From the NCBI GenBank assembly GCA_964396115.1, contig CAYNDL010000001.1:1-44815 (forward strand): DNA of 44,815 nt, written 5' to 3'. The notes beneath the pieces were generated by a model. The model did not search any database and was not told where the DNA came from. It was given only the letters and a program-made list of their open reading frames with translations. Source of the stretch: an uncultured Candidatus Saccharibacteria bacterium. GTDB lineage: Bacteria; Patescibacteriota; Andersenbacteria; UBA10190; CAIZMI01. The position numbers and the translations under genes are program-made. Below, piece after piece: positions 37,775 to 44,815 of the stretch (position 1 is the first letter of the stretch; each line of letters starts with the position of its first letter).

Positions 37775-39202
37775 ATGAATAAACGAACAAAAATTGTTTG
37801 CACTATTGGTCCCGCGTCTCAATCGGTAGCAACATTGGTAGAAATGTTAAAGGCGGGGATGAATGTCGCCCGTCTTAATTTTTCTCATGGGTCGTACGAC
37901 AACCATAAGATGTTGATCCAAAACATCCGTGCAGCGGCTGAAAAAGCCGGTGTAAACGTTGCACTCCTGCAAGATCTGCAGGGTCCTAAGATTCGTGTGG
38001 GTAAGCTGCCTGAGGGTGGAATAGAACTTAAAAAAGATACGGAAGTAATGCTTAGCACGGGAAGCAAAGAATACAAGGACGCGGTAATCCCGGTCCAGTA
38101 TAAGAACCTCCACAAGGACGTTAAGAAGGACGACCGCATTCTTCTCGATGACGGCAACATGGAATTGCAGGTCCTGAAAGTCAACGGCGAAAAGATATCG
38201 TGCAAAGTATTGATTGGCGGAAAATTGATTTCCTTCAAAGGTATTACTGTTCCAACAGCTTCTCTGAGCACTTCTGCCATTTCAACGAAAGATAAGGAAG
38301 ACCTGATCTTTGGCTTGCAACAAGGTGTCGATTTTGTTGCTCTGTCTTTCGTGCGCCGAGCTAAAGATGTAAAGCAGTTGCGTGCATTGATTGCTAAACA
38401 CCTGCCTAGCGGCATGAGCACACCGCACATAATTGCTAAGATCGAAAAACACGAAGCGTTAGTTAACCTCGACGAAATCATAGCCGAAGCTGACGGCATC
38501 ATGGTCGCTCGTGGCGACCTGGCTTTGGAAACAAAGGCTGCCGAAGTGCCTATCTGGCAAAAGGTAATGATCCAAAAATGTTTGGAAGCTGCCAAGCCCG
38601 TGATTACCGCTACGCAAATGTTGGATTCAATGACAAACGCTCCTCGTCCAACACGCGCCGAAATTTCTGACGTTGCCAATGCTGTTATCGACCATACTGA
38701 TGCAACAATGTTGTCTCAGGAATCCGCGATGGGTAAGTATCCGGTGGAAACTGTCGATACTATGGCTTCGATTATCAAGTCCACAGAAACTTCTCCGTTG
38801 GACGATATCGTTACCCTGCCTTCAATGGATGGTTCCACTCCTCCGGTTTTAGCGATGAGTGCTGCTGCTTGTAATGTCGCTAAGGCTGTTGGGGCAAAGG
38901 CAATCTTTGTCCTCACCCGTTCAGGTTTTACCGCTCGTGCCGTTTCTCGTCATCGTCCGTCCCAACCAATCATTGCTGTTACCCCTGAGGTTGCTACACA
39001 GAGACAACTAGTCCTCACTTGGGGCGTATCTGCCTACCTGGACAATGAGTTTGGTGACATGAGCAAGTCGTGGAAAAAGTTTTCCACTGACATTAAGAAG
39101 AAACACGATCTCAAGAAGGGTGACCGGATCATCGCTGTTTCCGGCCTCAAATCCAACCGTCCCGAAGATTGGGATGAAGTTGTGAGTGTGTTCGAAGTAT
39201 AG
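37775..39202 (+). CDS. pyk: Pyruvate kinase
   Basis: KRTKIVCTIGPAS...GMNVARLNFSHG...MVARGDLA...TQMLDSM. ATG at 37775 chosen; the 37748 start adds a non-conserved Cys/Arg peptide. Confidence 0.95.
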   Translation: MNKRTKIVCTIGPASQSVATLVEMLKAGMNVARLNFSHGSYDNHKMLIQNIRAAAEKAGVNVALLQDLQGPKIRVGKLPEGGIELKKDTEVMLSTGSKEYKDAVIPVQYKNLHKDVKKDDRILLDDGNMELQVLKVNGEKISCKVLIGGKLISFKGITVPTASLSTSAISTKDKEDLIFGLQQGVDFVALSFVRRAKDVKQLRALIAKHLPSGMSTPHIIAKIEKHEALVNLDEIIAEADGIMVARGDLALETKAAEVPIWQKVMIQKCLEAAKPVITATQMLDSMTNAPRPTRAEISDVANAVIDHTDATMLSQESAMGKYPVETVDTMASIIKSTETSPLDDIVTLPSMDGSTPPVLAMSAAACNVAKAVGAKAIFVLTRSGFTARAVSRHRPSQPIIAVTPEVATQRQLVLTWGVSAYLDNEFGDMSKSWKKFSTDIKKKHDLKKGDRIIAVSGLKSNRPEDWDEVVSVFEV

Positions 39203-39236
39203 TTATAATATAAAAGTCCTTAACATAAAAAATAAT

Positions 39237-40169
39237 ATGAGAACCAGATACAAACTCTTATTTGCCCTAATCGTGATCGTCGTTGCTGTTGTTACAGTCA
39301 CATCCTTGGTAACGATATTCGCCGGAGTTTCCGAAGAAGACGGGGGTATGAGAGTTACAAAGACGCGGCAAATGAATAGTGTCGCGCCTGCTGGTTCTGG
39401 TTTTGTTGGACAACCGGAGATGGAATTTGCTGCCCAGGACGCACCCGCTCCAATGGCACAAAAAACAGAGGATGCCACGCCGGCGACTAGGTTAATCGTC
39501 CGTTCCGGCAACCTTTCCATTGTTACGGCCGATGTCCGAAAATCTGTAGATGATTTGACCAAGATTGCCACTAGTGTTGGTGGGTTTGTTGTTAGCGCAA
39601 ATGTGGAAGGTTCCGCTGACGAACCTTCGGCTACCGTAACGATCCGCGTCCCGGTTGAAAAATTTGAAGAAGTTATTGCGAATACAAAAGGAACCGGCGT
39701 GCGTGTTACCGACGAATATGTTGCTGGTGAAGATGTGACCGAAGACTACGTGGATACGCAGTCCCGCATCAAGACTCTTCAAGCCAGCGAAGAACAATTC
39801 ATGGAGATAATGAAGAGGGTGCAGAAAGTATCCGATGTTTTGGAAGTACAACGGGAGTTGGAAAGGGTACGCAGTCAAATTGAGGTGGCCAAGGGACACG
39901 CTGAATATTTAGAAAAGACTGCCAAGATGTCCGCCATCACTGTTTACTACGCCGTGGACGAAGGGCAATTGCCTGTGGTTGATCCAGTTAAGGCATGGAG
40001 TCCGATGGTCATCGCAAAGTCTGCGTTCCGTGCACTAGTTAAAGTTGCGCAATCATTAGGAACTCTCGTTATTTGGTTGATCGTCTTTATTCCGCTATGG
40101 ATTGCATTGGCAGTGGTGTACGTAATTCTTCGCAGAATAAGAAGGAATAGGGCAAACGTCCGAAGTTAA
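39237..40169 (+). CDS. DUF4349-domain membrane protein
   Basis: N-terminal TM, then SGNLSIVTADVRKSVDDL...VTIRVPVEKFEEV...DVTEDYVDTQSRIKTLQASEEQF...VQRELERVRSQIE, and a C-terminal TM. This is the typical DUF4349 architecture. ATG at 39237. Confidence 0.8.
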   Translation: MRTRYKLLFALIVIVVAVVTVTSLVTIFAGVSEEDGGMRVTKTRQMNSVAPAGSGFVGQPEMEFAAQDAPAPMAQKTEDATPATRLIVRSGNLSIVTADVRKSVDDLTKIATSVGGFVVSANVEGSADEPSATVTIRVPVEKFEEVIANTKGTGVRVTDEYVAGEDVTEDYVDTQSRIKTLQASEEQFMEIMKRVQKVSDVLEVQRELERVRSQIEVAKGHAEYLEKTAKMSAITVYYAVDEGQLPVVDPVKAWSPMVIAKSAFRALVKVAQSLGTLVIWLIVFIPLWIALAVVYVILRRIRRNRANVRS

Positions 40170-40189
40170 GGACTACTTAAGGCATAAAC

Positions 40190-40216
40190 AAAAAGCACCC
40201 AACAGGGTGTTTTTTG
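40190..40216. terminator. Bidirectional terminator shared by the DUF4349 gene and tRNA-Ser
   Basis: aaaaaGCACCC-aaca-GGGTGtttttt, with A-run and T-run on either side. Confidence 0.8.
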
Positions 40217-40222
40217 ATGGTG

Positions 40223-40309
40223 CGGAGACGGGAGGATTCGAACCTCCGAAGCCCTTTCGGGCTTACCGCATTTCGAGTGCGGCCCATTCGGCCACTCTGG
40301 CACGTCTCC
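40223..40309 (-). tRNA. tRNA-Ser (anticodon CGA), long variable arm
   Basis: Reverse complement reads GGAGACG...CCGCA-CTCGAAA-TGCGG (anticodon CGA), variable arm gcccgaaagggc, T-arm GGAGG-TTCGAAT-CCTCC, then CGTCTCC plus G. Confidence 0.9.
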
Positions 40310-40410
40310 TGGTTTATGAGCGTCAAAAGCATAACTCGCCCAACCCGATAATTCAAATATAATAAGTTTTCATCATATCCAATTTAATGGTTCTCACTTA
40401 ATATAAAAAT

Positions 40411-41091
40411 ATGAACAAAAACATAGTAATCGCAGTTCTTCTCGTGGTTGTAATTGGCCTTGGCGCCTACGTATTCATGGAAGCTCGAAAGGGACAGCCA
40501 GTTAATAACGAGATAAACAGTTTGGTCTTTGAAAATAACAAGATCCAAGTTTCTCCATTTAGCACACCGTTGCCTTCCAGCACGGGTAAACCACTATTGG
40601 CCGTTACGCCTAAACCAACCCAAACACCGGTTGCGAAGCCGAGTCCAGAGATTAGCTCGCGTTGCGGCGTACGCGTTGCCGTTCAGGGTACGTCCTTTCC
40701 CGTCGACTCCTGTGAATTGCAAATGATCACTGGTGGGCCTGAATGTACTGATGAGAGTGGAAAAGGCGTGGCCTGCGCTGGAACATATGCTTTTGAAATC
40801 TCCAGTGGTCGCGGTAGTGGAGTCCGCATAGCACGCCTGGTTAATTTCACCTCTATTGAACAAGGCAAGCGTTATGTCTTTGATCCTGCTTCTCCGAACA
40901 AGCCATTCAACGGGTATTTTCAGGATAAAGCCATAACTTATAATCTGAAGTCCGGCTGGTTTGAAATGGAACAGGGAGATTTAACCTCGCTCGCTGATAA
41001 CGCAACAGTGAGTTTTGATCTCACCTTTGCCAACGGGGTTAAAATGACGGGAAGGGGCAAAGTATTAATCACTAGAGTATACGAACCATGA
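40411..41091 (+). CDS. Membrane-anchored/exported hypothetical protein with Pro/Thr-rich linker and 4-Cys domain
   Basis: N-terminal TM (IVIAVLLVVVIGLGAYVF), a PT-rich linker, and four Cys within ~40 aa. ATGA overlap with the next gene. Confidence 0.7.
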   Translation: MNKNIVIAVLLVVVIGLGAYVFMEARKGQPVNNEINSLVFENNKIQVSPFSTPLPSSTGKPLLAVTPKPTQTPVAKPSPEISSRCGVRVAVQGTSFPVDSCELQMITGGPECTDESGKGVACAGTYAFEISSGRGSGVRIARLVNFTSIEQGKRYVFDPASPNKPFNGYFQDKAITYNLKSGWFEMEQGDLTSLADNATVSFDLTFANGVKMTGRGKVLITRVYEP

Positions 41092-41405
41092 CAAATTATT
41101 CCGAAGCAAAAGAATTAGTCGCACTTATCGGTTACCAAGAAGGGGCAGTCGTAAGCCGCACCATTGTCGATAAAAAAGCAGGTACGGTAACACTTTTTGC
41201 TTTTGATGGCGGTCAGGGGTTGAGTGAGCACAAAACTCCCTATGACGCTTTGGTACAAGTGATCGATGGCGAATTCGAGATCACGATCGATAGTATGTCG
41301 CACAATCTCACCGCAGGTCACATGATTGTCATGCCAGCAAATATTCCCCATGCAGTGAAGGCGAAGTCGCAAGCAAAAATGTTGCTAACGATGGTGCGCG
41401 AATGA
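41088..41405 (+). CDS. Cupin-domain protein
   Basis: G..LSEHKTPYDALVQVIDGEFEITI...GHMIVMPANIPHAVKA matches the two-motif cupin pattern. ATGA overlaps on both sides. Confidence 0.8.
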   Translation: MTNYSEAKELVALIGYQEGAVVSRTIVDKKAGTVTLFAFDGGQGLSEHKTPYDALVQVIDGEFEITIDSMSHNLTAGHMIVMPANIPHAVKAKSQAKMLLTMVRE

Positions 41406-42085
41406 CTAAAGACTTTGTAATCGCATTGGGCGGTTCTATTGTTTGTCCCGACAAAATAAATGTGGAATATCTAAAAAGTTTTCATTCCTTTATTAAAGAC
41501 CAGATCAAAGAAGGGAAACGGTTTGTGATCGTTGTTGGCGGCGGGGCGCCGGCACGAGAGTTCCAAAAAGCGGCCGGACAAATTCTTGATGTTCCAGATG
41601 AAGATAAAGATTGGATTGGTATCCACGCCACGCGTTTGAACGGGCACTTGTTGAGGACGATATTCCGGGAAGAGGCGCACCCTGTCTTATTTGAAGCGCA
41701 GGGGAAACTCAAAGGCTTCGAAGGATATCCTGTTGTTATAGGCGCTGGTTGGCGGCCGGGTTGGTCCACTGATTTTGTATCTGTACAAATCTCTGTTGAT
41801 TTCGGAATCGGTCAAACAATTATTCTAGGGAAACCCGAATATGTTTACGACAAGGACAATCAAAAGTTTGCGGATGCCAAACCAATTGAAACAATTTCTT
41901 GGACAGAATACATGAAATTAATCCCGTCCGAATGGTCGCCAGGAATCCACGCACCCGTCGATCCTGTCGCTGCGCGCTTGGCATCCGAGAAAAATATTGA
42001 AGTTGTTGTTGCTGGGGGGAAAGATCTGGAGAACGTAAAAAATATCATCGACGGCAGAACATTCCGCGGTACCACAATAAAATAG
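41402..42085 (+). CDS. pyrH: Uridylate kinase, archaeal-type (amino-acid-kinase fold)
   Basis: FVIALGGSIV...FVIVVGGGAPAREF...GIHATRLNG...VDPVAARLA...GTTI. At ~227 aa, its length and motif order match archaeal PyrH rather than the ~240-aa bacterial hexameric type. Confidence 0.8.
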   Translation: MTKDFVIALGGSIVCPDKINVEYLKSFHSFIKDQIKEGKRFVIVVGGGAPAREFQKAAGQILDVPDEDKDWIGIHATRLNGHLLRTIFREEAHPVLFEAQGKLKGFEGYPVVIGAGWRPGWSTDFVSVQISVDFGIGQTIILGKPEYVYDKDNQKFADAKPIETISWTEYMKLIPSEWSPGIHAPVDPVAARLASEKNIEVVVAGGKDLENVKNIIDGRTFRGTTIK

Positions 42086-42155
42086 GTGACCTGCATTACG
42101 AATTTTCTTCCGCTGGGGGAGTACAAAGGATGGATAATATTTTGATCCCAGAAAA

Positions 42156-42296
42156 ATGGCGGAAAATTTTCTCAAATACCTAACAATAACAATTATTTTG
42201 GTGCTGCTGTACGTTGGTGTCCGTACCTCCATGAGCCCTCATCCGGTTACAGTGAATCCACCGCGGGCGCCTTCCTTGTCGGGCAGCGATCTGTAA
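42156..42296 (+). CDS. Possible 46-aa single-TM micro-protein (unsupported beyond the ORF)
   Basis: ATG...TAA ORF, below the 60-aa cutoff of the supplied track: MAENFLKYLTITIILVLLYVGVRTSMSPHPVTVNPPRAPSLSGSDL. No SD, but this genome rarely uses one. Confidence 0.2.
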   Translation: MAENFLKYLTITIILVLLYVGVRTSMSPHPVTVNPPRAPSLSGSDL

Positions 42297-42342
42297 TAGG
42301 GGACTTCACTTTGTCTAAAAAGCCATATACTCTCACTCTTGC

Positions 42343-44139
42343 ATGGGTGACTCTAATGTTGAACTAGTTAAAGAACGGACGGATATTGTCGCCTTGATCG
42401 GCGAGCAGGTTAAGTTGAAAAAAGCCGGCGTGAACTTTAAAGGTCTTTGCCCGTTCCATAACGAAAAGACGCCATCTTTTGTTGTGAGCCCCAACCGTCA
42501 AATGTTCCATTGTTTTGGTTGCTCAAAGTCCGGCGACATTTTCACCTGGGTGATGGAGAAAGAGGGGATGACCTTTGCGGAAGCTTTGCGGGTATTGGCC
42601 AATCGCGCTGGGATAACGCTAGCTTTCGAACGCACGGAACACCGGGAAGAGCGTGAACGGCTGCGTGCCACATTAGATACAACTGCTGATTTTTACCATA
42701 CGGTTCTTCAAAAAACTGCGGCAGGGAAAGTTGCGCGAGAATACTTGTTAAGCCGCGGCCTGACAGAAGCGAGTATCAGCGAGTGGCGGTTAGGGTATGT
42801 GCCGCCGATGGGTACACCCATTATAGAAAAAGCGAATAAGCGTGGTGTGAGCACGCAGGATTTATTGAATACGGGAATCATCGCTCCTGGACGGAATGGG
42901 TATTATGAGCGTTTCTATAGTCGGGTACTTTTTCCTCTTTCTGATATGCATGGTTCGGTTGTTGGTCTGGCGGGGAGGATTCTAAAAACAGACCCCAATA
43001 GGCCAGCAGCTAAATATATAAATAGTCCGGAAACAACGCTTTATCGCAAAAGCAGGATTTTGTATGGTTTAGACAAAGCTCGAAACGCAATCAGGGAAAA
43101 AGATTACGTGATTATTGTGGAAGGGTATACGGATGTTATCGGTTCGCATCAAGCGGGCGTTACTAATGTCGTGGCAACATCCGGAACAGCTTTAACAGAC
43201 GAGCACTTGCAGGTGGTCCGTCGTTTTACTGAAAATATTGTCTTCTCGTTCGACGGGGATGCGGCTGGTGATGAGGCCACAAGGCGGGCGATTGATATGG
43301 CGGTGGCGACAGGTTTTTCTGTTACCATCGTTCTTCTTCCAAACGGACAAGACCCAGCGGATGTGGCCATCAAGGACCCAGAGGCCTGGAAAAAGGCGAT
43401 TGAGGATCGGATCGATGTGTTTAATTTCCTTTTAAAACGGGCAGTTGCGGCGCATACAAAGATGGATGCAGCAGCAAAGAAAGAGATAACCGCAGAGCTT
43501 TTACCCCTTTTGGCTCGGATACCTGAAGCGGTTGTGCGGGGAGAATATCTCCAAAGGTTGGGGGAAGAACTCGGTTTGGAATCCCGCTACCTCAATGAAG
43601 ACCTGAAGCGCCTGGAACGGTCGATGGCTCTAAATCAACCGCAACAAACAGCACGATCCCAGGAAAATAAGCCCGAATTAGATCCCCGTACCCTGAGAGA
43701 GGAAAGGCTACTCACTCTTTTGCTCGTATCCCCCGGATCCTTCGCTTTTGTGCAAGAAAACCTCCCATCAGAAGCATTTATTGCCCAACACACAAGAAAC
43801 TTGTATAATGAGTACCTTAAGTTGTATAATGCGACTTACCGTAAGGAGGAACCATTTGATTTTTCTGGGATAAAGTATAATCTTCCAGAAGATCTCAAAC
43901 GGCTAGTCGACATCTTTCTTTTGGCCATCGAGGTGGAACAAGAAGAAGGGCTGTTGACCGCGCCGGATCAAGAAATCCGCATTCTTCTTAGGGAATTGGT
44001 ACAGGCGCACATTCGCGAGAATCTGCACATCCTGACCAAAAAACTAGAGGGAGTTTCCCAAGAAGAATCACCGTTAATACTGCAAGAGATTGCACAATTA
44101 ACGGAGAAACTAGTTCAAGCGGAACGTCTTACGACCTAA
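42343..44139 (+). CDS. dnaG: DNA primase
   Basis: Zinc-binding CPFHNEKTPSFVVSPNRQMFHCFGCSKSGD and TOPRIM motifs (IIVEGYTDV, FDGDAAG). Confidence 0.97.
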   Translation: MGDSNVELVKERTDIVALIGEQVKLKKAGVNFKGLCPFHNEKTPSFVVSPNRQMFHCFGCSKSGDIFTWVMEKEGMTFAEALRVLANRAGITLAFERTEHREERERLRATLDTTADFYHTVLQKTAAGKVAREYLLSRGLTEASISEWRLGYVPPMGTPIIEKANKRGVSTQDLLNTGIIAPGRNGYYERFYSRVLFPLSDMHGSVVGLAGRILKTDPNRPAAKYINSPETTLYRKSRILYGLDKARNAIREKDYVIIVEGYTDVIGSHQAGVTNVVATSGTALTDEHLQVVRRFTENIVFSFDGDAAGDEATRRAIDMAVATGFSVTIVLLPNGQDPADVAIKDPEAWKKAIEDRIDVFNFLLKRAVAAHTKMDAAAKKEITAELLPLLARIPEAVVRGEYLQRLGEELGLESRYLNEDLKRLERSMALNQPQQTARSQENKPELDPRTLREERLLTLLLVSPGSFAFVQENLPSEAFIAQHTRNLYNEYLKLYNATYRKEEPFDFSGIKYNLPEDLKRLVDIFLLAIEVEQEEGLLTAPDQEIRILLRELVQAHIRENLHILTKKLEGVSQEESPLILQEIAQLTEKLVQAERLTT

Positions 44140-44151
44140 GTTTATATATTG

Positions 44152-44815
44152 GTGGCTACTAAAAAGCGCTCTTCCCATTCCGAGAAAAAAGCAAAGAAGC
44201 AGGCTCGGACAAAAGTGAAAAAACAAGCAAAGGCGGCAAAAAAATCTACGGCCGTACAAAGTAAGCTGGCGCTCAAAAAACGTCCGGCTGGAAAGGCGCA
44301 CAAGCACGAAACCAGACATCACAAAGTTGAAAAAGAAGAAAAGAAAAGCGTAGAGGAAATTTTGTCTTCGGTTGCTGTTGAAGAACTGTTACGCAAAGGC
44401 CAACAGGTTGGCTTTGTTACCGAAGAGGAAATCTTGAAAGCTATTCCCGAGGTGGAAGAGAACATTGAAGCTTTGGAGGCTTTGTATGACAGGTTGTCTA
44501 GCCGCGGTCTGCGTATTGAAGAGCCTGTTAGCTCCCTGATCGACTACGAAATTCCTTCTGAAACTCCGAAGGTGGTCAGCACCAAACCCACTAAGAAAGG
44601 TGAGCATCGTTCGCAATCAAAAGACCGCGAGGAAAACGTCATCGATATCAGCAATATTTCCAATGACTCTGTTCAGATGTATCTTCGCGAAATTGGTAAG
44701 GTACCGCTCCTCACCTCTGAAGAAGAAGTTGAATTGGCAAAACGCACAGAAAAAGGCGATCAAGAAGCGCGCAAACGTTTAGCGGAAGCTAACTTGCGTT
44801 TGGTGGTTTCTATTG
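44152..44815 (+). CDS. rpoD: RNA polymerase sigma factor RpoD (3' partial) with Lys-rich N-terminal extension
   Basis: Open frame from GTG 44152 (or TTG 44149) to the window end. It is absent from the ORF track because it has no stop. Region 1.2-2.1 reads [50 protein letters not shown]. Follows dnaG as in the macromolecular-synthesis operon. Confidence 0.9.
   Translation, partial: MATKKRSSHSEKKAKKQARTKVKKQAKAAKKSTAVQSKLALKKRPAGKAHKHETRHHKVEKEEKKSVEEILSSVAVEELLRKGQQVGFVTEEEILKAIPEVEENIEALEALYDRLSSRGLRIEEPVSSLIDYEIPSETPKVVSTKPTKKGEHRSQSKDREENVIDISNISNDSVQMYLREIGKVPLLTSEEEVELAKRTEKGDQEARKRLAEANLRLVVSI

Noticed and set aside
37885-38679. 264-aa ORF antisense to pyruvate kinase. Similar long shadow ORFs occur at 4309-4791, 33929-34438, 12001-12489, 31374-31970 and 36233-36694.
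   Set aside because: Each lies entirely opposite, or out of frame with, a gene that has unmistakable conserved motifs. Their translations are low-complexity (Ser/Ala/Arg-rich) with no recognisable domain, which is typical of shadow ORFs.
40218-40223. Apparent CCA end (gcacca) after tRNA-Ser.
   Set aside because: After the discriminator G the sequence reads CAC-CA rather than CCA, so the 3' CCA is not genomically encoded.
44137-44154. dnaG and rpoD are in the same reading frame, separated by TAA plus three sense codons, which could suggest stop-codon read-through producing a fusion.
   Set aside because: TAA is a strong stop, there is no read-through context or structure, and same-frame adjacency happens by chance one time in three. 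Independent initiation at TTG/GTG is the simpler explanation.

Overview
Dense (~90% coding), mostly housekeeping 44.8-kb chromosomal segment. I see about 45 protein genes and 2 tRNAs. I found no rRNA, CRISPR array, transposase/integrase, prophage remnant or recognisable defence system.

Gene content:
- DNA repair and replication is strongly represented: recA, the rpsF-ssb-rpsR operon, ku plus a three-domain ligD, divergent uvrC/uvrA, and dnaG followed by 3'-truncated rpoD.
- Chaperonin operon groES-groEL behind a near-consensus CIRCE operator.
- RNase J, trpS, ychF, pyk and secG.
- Sugar-nucleotide and surface-glycan genes: two divergent phosphohexomutase paralogs, a bifunctional PGI/PMI-type isomerase, a NodU/CmcH carbamoyltransferase, and a GT2-GT9-GT1 cluster.
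- An ABC-2 exporter, an orphan family-5 solute-binding protein, and several small membrane or exported orphans.

Likely origin (inference): a Patescibacteria/CPR-like bacterium using the standard code, since TGA is used as a stop. The grounds are archaeal-type PyrH and PGI/PMI, RNHCP/DUF4349/DUF4870/pilin-fold proteins, almost no Shine-Dalgarno sequences, and frequent ATGA/TAATG gene coupling.

I found no clear-cut novel multi-gene system. The leads worth a second look are:
1. A histidine-less, ATPase-less DHp membrane protein coupled to an intact receiver (959-2109).
2. A GC-rich ~100-nt rod-like hairpin element beside tRNA-Leu (24770-24875).
3. A stem-loop array in the RNase J leader (16927-17046).
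4. A 28-bp composite dyad in front of ku-ligD (17316-17343).
5. A Trp/His-rich secreted mini-protein carrying the only strong SD in the window (7909-8345).
6. A compositionally foreign orphan gene inside the glycosyltransferase cluster (21973-22593).

All functional calls come from motif recognition by eye. No database search was run.
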